Assembly: GCF_001194135.2 (NCBI RefSeq)
Contig: NC_068992.1
Location: forward strand, 23,536,585-23,573,502
Source of the DNA: Octopus bimaculoides
Taxonomy: Eukaryota
Length of the DNA stretch: 36,918 nucleotides
Direction: 5' to 3'
Shown here: positions 10,946 to 23,105 of the stretch, in pieces
Position numbering within the stretch: position 1 is the stretch's first letter
Layout: each line of letters begins with the position of its first letter
The notes under the pieces: generated by a model
What the model saw: only the letters and a program-made list of their open reading frames with translations
Database searches by the model: none
Told to the model about the DNA's origin: nothing
Translations under genes and position numbers: made by a program

Positions 10946-11453
10946 ACAGGTTAGTAATATCATTCTCCTTGATAATATTTCAGAAGATCAAGCAGCGATT
11001 GGTTGCCCTTCATATCTAAACGATGTGAACTTAGTAATCACTCAACAGTCACAGACAGCACAATACCCTTTAATACTACAGCTAAACCAACGCAGTTTTT
11101 TTCTTTTATTCATACTGAAATTATGAAATGCAATATCGACTAACATCGTATCAGACTTACAAAGTATTGCATTGCGAAAGAGACAGAGAGACAGAGATGA
11201 TAATATTATAGCAAGGAATAAAGAGAGAGTAAGAAAATGGAAATTGATGCAAAAATCTGCCCAGATTGAGTATGACAATAATAAAAGGCTTTCCAGCAGA
11301 TATTATCCCGTCTTTTCCTTATGTCAGAGACGTATGGGATCTGCGATCGTAAAGTTGTGAGTTAATGAAGACTTGAATCTCAGTTCTAGCAGGTGGAACA
11401 TAACTTTAATTACGCTTCAGCACAGGCTAGTTTGATATTACAGTAAACAGGGA

Positions 11454-11600
11454 AAGGCGACGGGCGGTCTAGCAGAATTTTTACCGCACCGAATAAAATA
11501 CTTCAGACATTCTTTCTACCTCTTTACGCTCTGAGTTGTATTGCCGCCGATGTAGATTGAACCTTTTACCCTTTCGGCGTCGATGAAATAAAGCAGCATT
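11454..11600 (+). mobile_element. SINE family B, old diverged copy
   Basis: aaggcgacgggcggtctagcagaa...tttacgctctgagttg...ccctttcggcgtcgatgaaataaag. Confidence 0.6.
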
Positions 11601-11749
11601 CAGGCTGTAGACTTTCCTTCCACTCTCAGGATAAATGGTCTTGTGCCAAAATAAGGAAGATTTATTGCATCAAACATCAGCAGATTATTAAGAACTGCAT
11701 ATCGTTCATCACTGAACTAGCAAAGCATAAAGAATATTCTTACATGCAT

Positions 11750-11820
11750 ACATACATGCATACATACATACATACATACATACATACATAAATTGCATAC
11801 ATACATACATACATACATAC
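11750..11820. repeat. (TACA)n microsatellite
   Basis: Direct repeat run. Confidence 0.9.
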
Positions 11821-11897
11821 TGCCAGTAGATATACACAAGAGTGTAGAGGGTGTCACATACAGTTAACATGCTTTTTATTTGCTGGTATATATGTGT

Positions 11898-12278
11898 GTG
11901 GAGGCGCAATGACCCAGTGGTTGGGGCAGCAGACTCACAGTCGTAAGATTGTGGTTTCGATTCTCAGACTGGGCGTTCTGAGTGTTTATTGAGTGAGAAC
12001 ACCGACAGTTTCACGTGTTTCCGGCAGTGGGATGTAAAGAATCTTGCTGTACTCTTTCACCACAACTTTCTCTCATTCTCTCTTCCTGTTTCTGTTGTAG
12101 CTGTATCTCAAAGAGCAAACCTTGTCACATTGTGTGTCAAGCTGAATCTGCCCGAGAACTACGTCAAGAGTAGACGTGTCTGTGGAGTGCTCAGCCTCTT
12201 GCACGTTAATTTCACGAGCATACTGTTCCGTTGATCGGATCAAGTTGAATCCCCGACGTCGCAACCCACGGAGTGCCA
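11898..12278 (+). mobile_element. SINE family C
   Basis: A-box-like tgacccagtgg (11910-11920) and B-box-like ggtttcgattc (11952-11962). The 3' body matches 3660-3827. Confidence 0.8.
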
Positions 12279-12557
12279 CGAATATATTTATATATATGTA
12301 GTTATTTACTCCCTATTCAACTTTTCTGCCGGAAGTAGGAGCAATGATCAGTGAAACTTTCCGATTCAGCAATTGTTTACGTCATAATATACATCCACGC
12401 AAACACCTAGAAATACACACACAAGCATACACGCGTAAGCATACAAATGAATTCTTATATGGTGCATACGCTTTCTGTGTCTGCAAATTGCAGTTTTTCT
12501 TTATGTTGAATTCTACAGAGACACAAAAGAGATCGGACGAACGATGGTGATTCTCAA

Positions 12558-12598
<41 letters not shown>

Positions 12599-12682
12599 GA
12601 CACATTGACACACAATCGCACAAAGACAATCATGCACACTCTCATGCACACTCATACACATGTGTATTTATATAACTGGGTA

Positions 12683-12744
12683 TATATCTATTACATAACT
12701 GTCCCATCATTACAGCCCAGCTTCATATATATATACAGATACAT

Positions 12745-12787
<43 letters not shown>

Positions 12788-12827
12788 AGGTGGGCTATAT
12801 TGATAGGACAGTTATGTAATAGATATA
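12683..12827. repeat. 41-bp inverted repeat flanking a TA-rich microsatellite (two Tc1/mariner-like termini facing outward)
   Basis: 12683-12723 is the reverse complement of 12787-12827 with 4 mismatches. The right arm reads TA-caaggtgggc, a typical Tc1/mariner terminus style. Confidence 0.7.
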
Positions 12828-12914
12828 TTTGGTAGTCAAGTCCACTTTTTACACTTTTATAATCCGTGATAGTAGCATTTAAAATGCGTTATATCATTAT
12901 TCCCCATACTGTGT

Positions 12915-12950
<36 letters not shown>

Positions 12951-13388
12951 NNNNNNNNNNNNNNNNNNNNNNNNNNNNNNNNNNNNNNNNNNNNNNNNNN
13001 NNNNNNNNNNNNNNNNNNNNNNNNNNNNNNNNNNNNNNNNNNNNNNNNNNNNNNNNNNNNNNNNNNNNNNNNNNNNNNNNNNNNNNNNNNNNNNNNNNNN
13101 NNNNNNNNGTATGTGCGTATGAGAGTGTGTGTGTGTCTATGTAAAAACAATTAAAAACACAAAATCTGTTAGATTCACTTCAACATTTATATTCAATTTG
13201 CGTCAAAATATTTTCGTCGTTTTGAAACCGCGACCTGCTCACTAACAAAATTTCGTGCTGCCTTTAAATGGCTTACATACACCTTCCACACTGCAACTGT
13301 TTTTGTTTCAGCACACGATCTCAGAACAAGTCACTTGCTATAGACATATGTTTATATGTGTGTGTATATGTGTGTATGNNNNNNNNNN

Positions 13389-13431
<43 letters not shown>

Positions 13432-13630
13432 ATTGTCCATCAGCTTCGCGTAGCAAGCAATGTTGGTGTGTGTACGTTCCCGCAACTTAGCGATTCGGCA
13501 AAAGTTAATGATAGAATAGGTAGTAGGCTTAAAAAATAAGTGCCGGGGTCGATTTCTTCGACTAAAACCCTTTAAAGAGGTCCTCCAGCATGGCCGTAGT
13601 CAAATACCTGAAACAAGTAAAAGAACGAAA
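13389..13630 (+). mobile_element. SINE family A, 3' half following (GT)n
   Basis: gttggtgtgtgtacgttcccgcaacttagcgattcggcaaaag...gatagaatagg...aataagtgccggggtcgatttcttcgactaa...ccagcatggccgtagtcaaatacctgaaacaagtaaaaga. Confidence 0.85.
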
Positions 13631-15021
13631 GACTATACTGTATAGTTAAATATATGCACCGCAGCAAGTTAATTGCTTCAACATGCATATATGCAGGCAT
13701 TGAGTTTGCGGTGGTTTCTCTAATGAGTAGCAAATAAAATCGACTGATCTCATCGTTTACGTTTCACTGAACAATTTTATAGGGATCCGTGTAAATTATT
13801 TTATTTTTATCTCCTTATAACTCGCTACACATAAACGAAGATTTAGCTACAAGAAAAACAAATAATCCATGATTCGCCTTACAACATAAAGAATATGAGA
13901 TTGCAGTTGCCTTCCTAAGAACTGTGTGCATATATATANNNNNNNNNNNNNNNNNNNNNNNNNNNNNNNNNNNNNNNNNNNNNNNNNNNNNNNNNNNNNN
14001 NNNNNNNNNNNNNNNNNNNNNNNNNNNNNNNNNNNNNNNNNNNNNNNNNNNNNNNNNNNNNNNNNNNNNNNNNNNNNNNNNNNNNNNNNNNNNNNNNNNN
14101 NNNNNNNNNNNNNNNNNNNNNNNNNNNNNNNNNNNNNNNNNNNNNNNNNNNNNNNNNNNNNNNNNNNNNNNNNNNNNNNNNNNNNNNNNNNNNNNNNNNN
14201 NNNNNNNNNNNNNNNNNNNNNNNNNNNNNNNNNNNNNNNNNNNNNNNNNNNNNNNNNNNNNNNNNNNNNNNNNNNNNNNNNNNNNNNNNNNNNNNNNNNN
14301 NNNNNNNNNNNNNNNNNNNNNNNNNNNNNNNNNNNNNNNNNNNNNNNNNNNNNNNNNNNNNNATATATATATATATATATATACGCACACTCGTTTTGTA
14401 ATTTTTATTTTTAATTTCGGAATGAAATTATAATCTTATACTAAAGGCTTTTCAAGCGTGTCTCAGATATCTCGTGACAAAATAGAATTCACTTTAGTGG
14501 TAATAGCTTCGTTCTGAAATTCTCTAAGGAGAATTATGGTGCGTATTCAAAATGTATATCGTTCCTTCTTCCTCTCCGCCATTTTTGCTTCATATCTTTC
14601 AATGTATATTTACTCCATTGCTATTTTCGGTTTACCTGTAATATTTATCCATATTCGTGATGCTCTCTCACCCAATACAGTATGTTGAAACAAACTCGAT
14701 TACATCTGAGAGTCCATGCAATTAGAAGGCAAAATATTGTATGGTGATTAAGATCTAAAAACAGTAGGAAGGGTGGATAAAACTAAATATGGTTAATTAA
14801 CGGAGCGCTTTTGAAAGCATAACAGAGGAACGCATGAAGAATGAATGTTGAAGGCAAACGTTTAATTTTGCATGTGAACTTCCTAGTTCCTTCGTCTTTT
14901 TCGCAACTATGGTGTTATAACTATCGTCTGCTTGCATTTCGCGTGTCTTACTTTACGGGCACACATGTATGAATACACAACTACCAATTAGTAATTAATA
15001 TGCAACCATATATCTACATTC

Positions 15022-15023
15022 AT

Positions 15024-15059
<36 letters not shown>

Positions 15060-15207
15060 CTCAATCACTCAATCAATCAATCAATCTATCTATCTATCTA
15101 TCTATGTCTATCTATCTATCTACCTATCTACCTACCTACCTACCTACCTACCTACCTATCTATCTATCTATCTATTTATCTATCTATCTACCTATCTACC
15201 TACCTAC

Positions 15208-15261
<54 letters not shown>

Positions 15262-15270
15262 GTCTGTCTA
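15022..15270. repeat. Compound (ATCA)n-(CTAT)n-(CTAC)n microsatellite
   Basis: Direct repeat runs. They produce the SIYL/PTYL ORF artefacts. Confidence 0.95.
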
Positions 15271-16127
15271 TCTACATATGCGTGCGTATGTCTGTGTGCG
15301 TATAATAGTAAATGTCAATGCACATCATACACACATATGTGTATATATACATATATGTGTGTGTATGCGTGCATGTATGTATGCATGCACGCACGTGCGC
15401 GTGTATTTATGTGTGTATGTATGTATGTATGTATAAAGAATATTCCTTTCATGTTTGTGTGCTAGCCTGTTAACCTGTAAAATCTGTCCAGTTTATTGAA
15501 GGAATCAAAGTATTTTCTTTGCAGTGAAAACTTAAATATAAGAAAATATATTGAAACGGGAAGGAAAATAACAGAGATTGCATACACTTCTTCACTCATA
15601 TTAAGACGAATAAATAAATAAATAAATAAATAAATACAGCGCGCCGTATATCTTCCCTAATATACTGTAATGAATAGCAAATGGATTTTAAAAACACGAC
15701 ATTGAAAAATATACGAAAAAAAGTTTTTAACGCATTTCGTTATTAATGCTTTAACTTACAGTTTTTCCATAATAAACAGCATGCTACGGGCAACTTCTAT
15801 CAATTCGTCATTTAATGCTCTTAAAAAGATTTAATCTACTCGCAAGCTAAGATTGGAATGTATTTTAAAACAGACGTTTCGAATCCCTTCAGAACGATTA
15901 TAGGTGTTACGACGTTCTATACCAATGTCATATGTAAAAGAAAATTATCCTCTCCTCCATATTGGTCGTGTAGATATCGATTTTTTTTTTTTGAATTGGT
16001 AAGCCACCATTCAACGTGTCGTATTAGACGACTCAAAATGGTTGACTACAGGAAAGTTGTATCGTTTCCAGAAACACCACTATCTTAGAAAAACCGTCTA
16101 ACCTTTGATGTAGGGAACCTAACGCCA

Positions 16128-16222
16128 TGATGATGATGATGACGACAACGACGACGACATCGACGTCGGCGTCGGCAATGATGATGATGATGATGATGAT
16201 GAGTAGGAGGAGGATGTCGATG
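16128..16222. repeat. (GAT/GAC)n trinucleotide low-complexity tract
   Basis: Direct repeat run, not embedded in a long ORF. Confidence 0.85.
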
Positions 16223-16526
16223 CTTTGAATAAACGCACCAAAATAATTTCTGTAATTTTCTTTATTCTTGTTTTACGTAGTTGTGTACTCAAATCCAACC
16301 TTCAGTCAGATTGAAGACATTTTTTTCTTTCATTTTCGTTTTAGGTAGTGACGTGTATGAAAGTAACTGTTCTTTGATCTCTGAACTATCAACGTTCTTT
16401 TTGTTTTTTGCTTTTTTGCTGAACGAAACAATACTTATAGTTCTCATATTTTTAACTACATATATGCCCCCCCCCCATATATATATATATATATATATAT
16501 ATATCTTTTGTTCTTTTATTCATTTA

Positions 16527-16768
16527 CTTGTTTCAGTCATTTGACTGCGGTCAAGCTGGAGCACCGCCTTGAAGTTGTTTTAGTCAAACAAATCGACTTC
16601 TAGACTTATTTCTCCTAAGGCCTTGTACTTATTCTATCCTTCTCTTTTGGTAAACTGCTAAGTTATGGAGACGCAAACAAACCAACACCGGTTGTGAAGC
16701 GGTGATGCGGGGCAAACACAGATACACAGTCACACACACGCACACACGCACACACACGCACACACATA

Positions 16769-16849
<81 letters not shown>

Positions 16850-16945
16850 GACGGGCTTCTTTCGGTTTCCATCTACCAAATCCACGTTCAAGGCTTTGGT
16901 CGGCCCGAGGCTATACTAAAAGACACTTGCTCAAGGTGCTGCATG
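16527..16945 (-). mobile_element. SINE family A (CORE-like) with expanded internal (CA)n(TA)n
   Basis: 3' half 16527-16725 (tcatttgactgcggtcaagctggagcaccgcc...), microsatellite 16730-16848, head half acgacgggcttctttcggtttcc...aaggctttggtcggcccgaggctata...agacacttgctcaaggtgc. Confidence 0.9.
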
Positions 16946-17403
16946 GAATATAGATATTTTAGAATATTCTTATTGTATCTGCGGTCACTGGGAGAAGGAC
17001 AATCAGACTACAGTACATTCGTGTTGGATAAAACGGATAAAAAATCTGTCTGGCAATTGTTTCCGGCATAAGAGACTGATAGAACAAATCCTGGCTTAAA
17101 AGTAATAAGTACATAGGTTAACTCGTTCCATTGAACTACTTCAAGGCGGTGCCTAGTATCGGTGCAGTCTAATGATTCAAACAAGTAAGACATATAACTA
17201 TTTTGAAACGTGTACTGGACTATACTGTATGCTATATAGGAACTTGATGTGAACATCTGACCTGCTAAGAATCACAGCCAATCTCTGAAATGATATCAAA
17301 TGGCGACATAGATGGTATGATTCTGTGTGTTCTGTACATATTTGAACACGGATGGAATAGTCATATTAGGAACACCTTTCAACAGAGGTATGCTAACTTT
17401 TAC

Positions 17404-17552
17404 TGTATATATCCAGGGTTGTCTTGCTTGTAAATAACTTTGATCCTAAATGTACTGTCTGGATATAAATCATCCGTGTTTCCAGGATTACCATATTCAA
17501 TTGATACTGCCTCATTTAAAAAATACGTTCTAATGTGAGAAACATTTGGCGG
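17404..17552 (-). other. Candidate exon or decayed coding segment with an FN3-like motif
   Basis: Open frame PPNVSHIRTYFLNEAVSIEYGNPGNTDDLYPDSTFRIKVIYKQDNPGYI, flanked on the minus strand by AG (17553-54) and GT (17402-03). LYPDSTFRIKV resembles the FN3 LxPxT/SxY/FxV/IxV motif. Splice signals are weak. Confidence 0.3.
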
Positions 17553-18949
17553 CTATTTATCACAGTTTATACCTAAGGGCTAAACATCTACAAAAATTAT
17601 GCACACATCAATGACATGCCCTCAGATTGTTTGGTTCATTCAAACACTTATGTTCAGGTTTTGATAACCTAAACATGATACCTTATGATACTTAAGTTGA
17701 TATACGGAATTGAAACAGTTTTATATTAAAATAATGATGTATATATTATTTATAGTACAAATATGTGCGGTGTATGTGTGTTTGTGTTTGTGTGCGTAAG
17801 TATATACGTATGTAAACATACAAACTTATAATGGCGCCAGCAGTAGGATTTTGTCTCAGAAGAAACGTCTGTCTTTAGAGTCGTATATGTGGAATCATAT
17901 TTCGTACCGAATGACTAGATAGTTTAAAATTTAGAATCTGCAAGTATGATTTGATGTATATGGCTGGGGACTGTGTGAGGAAATGACAGTTCGATCATGG
18001 AAGATCTTTCAAATAACTACATCAAGTATATATTTCATTCATGTAATGTATCTCTGTTGAAAAGAGCTACGAAAAAGAATATAAACCAAAGTGTAGTTGC
18101 TGCCATGATATATACAATATATATATTTGCTAGAAATGTAATCTCCAATGCCTATATTATGCCGAAGGAAATCTATTAGAGACTAAAATAGATAGATTAC
18201 TCTAATTTGTGACTATTGGCACTCTGTGTATAAGTTTTGAGTGTTTACCTATACTCTAATTTGCATCGTATTATTTGTGCTGCTCATTATACCGGTGAGT
18301 TGCCTGACCTATTAGAGCAGCGAAGATAAGTATTTTTCCAAATATTTTAATTCTGATTTCAAATTCCACAGTGATCAACTCTGTCTTTTATCCTCCGAGA
18401 GACGTAAAAATTAATTACAAATAAAATATTCGGTTTCATTAAATTTGATGCCCGTTTCCTCAGGATCTTCAGGCGCCTTATTTATGTGGGTCGTTATTTT
18501 TCAAAATGACTCAACAGTTAAAGTAACCGGATCAATGGTTTTACATTCCACTAGAAGCAACCGTTCCTTTTCTTGCATATGCTAAGTTTTCATTCGAGTC
18601 AATTACCACAGTGAAGGATTTTTCCCACGTTTCATTATTAAACATACGACCTCACAATTTTATTTTAATAAACCCAGTTTAATGTTCTTTCATTAATTAA
18701 TTCCATCCAGACAAATGTAACTGATGAAACGCAACCAAGCTCCAAGAAACTCAAGTCATTCTAATGATGTCACTTCAGGTCATCTTGGTGCGATTTCACA
18801 TACAGGGCCTGCCACAAACATTTGTCCCTTGAGACATTCACCACAGCAAATCTCTCTCTATATTTGAATGTAAACAAGTATGTAAAATAAATATGTATTC
18901 AATTTCATTTTAATCCTCACTACACAGTGTCTCTGTAATTAATTTATTA

Positions 18950-20165
18950 ATTGCAGCTGATTAAAATGTATTTCATGCGAATGTGCTTGTTGTGGTGATA
19001 GTAGGGATAGCCGCTTTGCCGTTGCTGATGACTGAAGATCTAATTCTTCAGCTGCGTATAAGAGGAGGCGAACAACTCGCGAACAATTAGCAAAAGATTT
19101 TATTACTACACATAGTATTTTCTGCCGGACTTTAAAAGTGCTCAAATAGTTGGTTCTCGTATGTATGGCACTAGCGTAACGAAAACGTCTGGTGTATCAA
19201 GAAGTAATGTCTCGAAAGTAATGACAGCCTTTGAGAAAGAGGGAAAAACCTCCTCGTCGAAGCAAAACTGCAGATGAAAAACGAAGACTGTCAGACTTTT
19301 TACGCAAATTGTTAGGAAGTATCACAAAAGTACAAAACATTCGGATAGGGAACGTCGGACGCTTACGCGAATTGCAAAATTATTGCAGGGCTAAATGACC
19401 ACCTCAAGAACCCAGTTTCCACAAAAGCTGTTCGCCAGGATCTGCACAAAGCCGGATTTCAAGTGAGGGCTGCAATCAGAAGACCACTAATTTCAAAAAC
19501 AAACGTTGCAAAACCTTTAGAGCGTAGTAAAAATCCTACAGAATTGGTTCCTAGAGGAGTGGAAGAATGTTATTCTCTCCGCCCAGTATACGTTTGGAGA
19601 CAGCCTAAGGAAGCATTTGACCCAGACTGCCTTCTTCCAAACTGTTAAACATGGAGGAGGATCTGTGATGATCTGGGAAGGTGGGGGGGGGGGCTATATC
19701 TTGGAAATCCACCGGCCCAATGGTTTCCCTTCATGGCAGAATTAATTAACTGATCAAATTCATCTCATAGTTGTGGAACTGGTTTCGGAGGGAAATGCAG
19801 TCTTTCAGAATGATAATACACTAATTCACACAGCAAAAATTGGCATTGAATGACACGCGGGGCATTCTAGTGAACATATTATCTGGTGACAAGAGTCTCC
19901 AGATCTTAATATTATTGAACATTTACGGTGCATTGTACAAAAACAAGTAAGGATTCGATACCCTGCACCATTATCACTACAAAAACCGGACACTATTTTA
20001 GCTGAATAATGGATAAAATTCCTTTGGAAACAATTCAAACTTTGTAGGAGTCCATACCTGGTAGAATTCAAGGTGTGATTACTGCCAAAGGTTGTCTTAC
20101 CACATAATTAACATAAATTTGCTTGAAATTTTAAGGTGTTTCCAATATTTTGTCTAATACCTGTA
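18950..20165 (+). mobile_element. Tc1-family DNA transposon, decayed, 5' end not found
   Basis: Transposase remnants and a 3' terminus aaggtgtttccaatattttgtctaatacctg-TA (20134-20165). The left boundary is approximate. Confidence 0.85.
19122..20090 (+). pseudogene. Tc1 (DD34E) transposase pseudogene
   Basis: Manual translation across frameshifts: DFKSAQIVGSRMYGTSVTK..VSRSNVSKVMTAFEKEGKTSS; HKAGFQVRAAIRRPLISKTN; VYVWRQPKEAFDPDCLLP..KHGGGSVMIW; FQNDN-(34 codons after D)-SPDLNIIE. Contains internal stops. Confidence 0.9.
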
Positions 20166-20177
20166 TATACAAATATA

Positions 20178-20335
20178 TACGACGGGTGTCTTTCAGCTTC
20201 TGTCTACCAAATTTACTCGCAAGGCTTTGGTCGGCCCGAGGCTATACTAGAAGACACTTGACCAAGGTGCCACGCAGTGGGACTGAACTAAGAACCATGT
20301 GGTTGGGAAGCAGGCTTCTTACAACGCAGCCCTTT
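20178..20335 (-). mobile_element. SINE family A, head half
   Basis: acgacgggtgtctttcagc...aaggctttggtcggcccgaggctatactagaagacacttgaccaaggtgccacgcagtgggactgaactaagaaccatgtggttgggaagc. The reverse complement gives a tRNA-like head and a CORE-like ggcaccttggtcaagtgtctt. Confidence 0.9.
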
Positions 20336-21185
20336 CTGCCCCTATGTATGTATGTATAATGTGTATATATATAATATACATACGTATCATATATTTACAT
20401 ATACGTATATACCTACATGCATAGCACCGTTACTTATGTGTTTATGTATGTATGTATGTATGTATGTATCAGAGGCAATGGAAAAGCCAGAGCGCATACG
20501 GCGGTGTGTCTATGCGTAAATGATTTTAAATGCATTTGTATGAGGAAATAATGCCTATCCATTGTAATGGCGTGTAAATTAATTATAAGTTATCACAAAA
20601 ATAAATGACAGAAACTCCATGCAGGACAGTAAGTTTGTAATATTTATGAAAGAACAGAGTCGTTTACATTCTGCGTTGATGAGTTTATTGCATCTTCGAA
20701 AATGTAGTTAAGGAACACAATACTACATATGACTTTGACACATATGTGTTCATTAATCATTATTATAATAGAAATCAAATTATAAACAAGACATGTCGAA
20801 CACCATAAATGAGTCAGCAGTTCATTGTGTGTTTGGCATATGAACTTTTAACGTTTAGTTCAGTTAAACATCTTTGTGATCAAACTCAAAGCTGACCACT
20901 AAATGAATTAAGACACCATTGAACTTCCATAATTGTTATACTTGAAGTATGTGTCCCGCACAAACGTATAAGTCATGTAGTGATATTCTAAAAACAAAAC
21001 AAATACTCAAAGTGATAACATTAGTGATATCATTATAGTGATGTTTGAGATCAAACAGGAGCTCATTGATACTGGAATCACATGTGAATATTAATTACAC
21101 GATATGCGCTTATTTTATCATTGGTTCGTTCGCTTCTTCATGAAAGTTTGGAAAACATCTATTTTCTTTACGTAATTAAATTGCA

Positions 21186-21232
<47 letters not shown>

Positions 21233-21917
21233 CGTGGGTGTGCGTGCGTAAGTGTGTGTAAGTGTGTGTGGACTATGGAGCAGTGTGATTTTGTAAGTTG
21301 TTTAAAAGCGGCAAGAATCGGATATCTGGGAAGCAATATAAACGAAAACTTTTTCTATTTTCGTTTCTTAATTATTCCCGACNNNNNNNNNNNNNNNNNN
21401 NNNNNNNNNNNNNNNNNNNNNNNNNNNNNNNNNNNNNNNNNNNNNNNNNNNNNNNNNNNNNNNNNNNNNNNNNNNNNNNNNNNNNNNNNNNNNNNNNNNN
21501 NNNNNNNNNNNNNNNNNNNNNNNNNNNNNNNNNNNNNNNNNNNNNNNNNNNNNNNNNNNNNNNNNNNNNNNNNNNNNNNNNNNNNNNNNNNNNNNNNNNN
21601 NNNNNNNNNNNNNNNNNNNNNNNNNNNNNNNNNNNNNNNNNNNNNNNNNNNNNNNNNNNNNNNNNNNNNNNNNNNNNNNNNNNNNNNNNNNNNNNNNNNN
21701 NNNNNNNNNNNNNNNNNNNNNNNNNNNNNNNNNNNNNNNNNNNNNNNNNNNNNNNNNNNNNNNNNNNNNNNNNNNNNNNNNNNNNNNNNNNNNNNNNNNN
21801 NNNNNNNNNNNNNNNNNNNNNNNNNNNNNNNNNNNNNNATTTATACATACATACATATATAATTATGTATAGTATGGAGCAGCCATGTTGAAGAGGCTAC
21901 GAACATTGCTTGCTATA

Positions 21918-23105
21918 TACTGTGTCATCCCATAAATAATACGGTTCATTTTTCAAAATTAAGATAACCAAAATTCTTTTTAATCTACAATATACTCCTT
22001 CATTTGATACAGTGCGCAACCATCTATCTGGCAGACTTGCATGACCCCTCTTCCAAAATTCTCTTGTCGGTGAGGAAAAATACTCCTCCTGTACTGTTTT
22101 GACCTCGTCTACAGAATGTCCGGCGAAAATTGTCGGTGGGGAATCGTGTCCTATTCAAACTGCTTCAGCCTTTCGAATGTCATCCTCGCTGTATGTCTGA
22201 GTATTATCCTAATGGAAGAACACGTTTTGACTTGATTCCAAAGATGGTCGTTTTTCTTCTAGCCTTGACTTAAGCCGCTCAAGCTGCTTGTTATTGCTCG
22301 GTTTGGGTTTAAAATTTCGAAGTAGAATAAACCTTTCCTAACCCATCAAACAGGTAACAACACCTCAAGTGGGTGAAGACCTTGTTTAACCTGGTTTGAC
22401 GATGTTTCTCTTTTCCCTACCCACTGTCTTCGTTACTTCATATTTTTATGGGAACCCATTTCTCGTCACCAGTCACTATTCGGTCGAAAAAGGGTTCATT
22501 TGTGATACGTGACAGCAAAGAAGAACAAACATTCAGTCCCTGCATGCAATTAGACACGAAAAGTTTGTGACAAACCCATTGACTCACTTTGCTGACTTTT
22601 GCGATGGCACACGGGTATCGATGAATGGTTGAGTGATCAAATCCAAGCATCTCTGCTAGTTCCTCAACAGTTAAGATGGGATTTTTGCAAGACTAGGTTT
22701 TGCAAGGCGTCCTAGTCGCTCTCTTCAGATCTTCCAGGACGAGACTCGACTTCTAGCCTGTAGCTTCCGCATCGGTATTTCTGGAACCACTGTTGACACT
22801 GGCTTACGCTTATTGTCTGATCCCAACATACTACAATAATATTCTTCAAACTTTCCGTTGCATTGTTGCCTTTATCGATCACATAGAGAAAAATATGCCT
22901 AACATACTACTTTGTTACTTCCATTATAGCTTTGAAAAATAATTAAAATCGAACTGCACACTTCAAAACTTGCACAATGATTAAGCAGAAGGTAACATTA
23001 CTACCTGCATTTATAGCATGTTGATGCATGTAGTTTATTCCATCCCCTTCCGACATTAAGTTCATGTAATTGAAGAAACCGCATTATTTATAGAAAGACC
23101 CAATA
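21918..23105 (-). mobile_element. Mariner-family transposon, near full length, both TIRs
   Basis: Left TIR tactgtgtcatcccataaataatacggttc (21918-21947) matches the reverse complement of gaaaccgcattatttatagaaagacccaata (~23075-23105). TA at both ends; ~1.19 kb. Confidence 0.9.
21980..22924 (-). pseudogene. Mariner transposase pseudogene
   Basis: MEVTK*YVRHIFLY..KGNNATES..CQQWFQKYR.G...E.RPGR..LTVEELAEMLGFDHSTIHR...QWVCH..CSSLLSRITNEPFFDRIVTGDEKWV...FH*DN...FWKRG..SLPDRW..VSNEG. Contains stops, frameshifts and deletions. Confidence 0.9.

Noticed and set aside
13140-13300. Segment with a gtcgc/acgac-GAAA hairpin on the minus strand that resembles a repeat terminus
   Set aside because: The core and stem I do not fit a hammerhead, and it is single-copy in this window, so no family call can be supported.
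15868-15912. Minus-strand GAAACGTC with a short AACA/TGTT pairing
   Set aside because: No CUGANGA core at the required position.
16128-16222. Poly-Asp coding potential, and similarly 29255-29315
   Set aside because: No flanking open frame or splice context. A simple trinucleotide tract.
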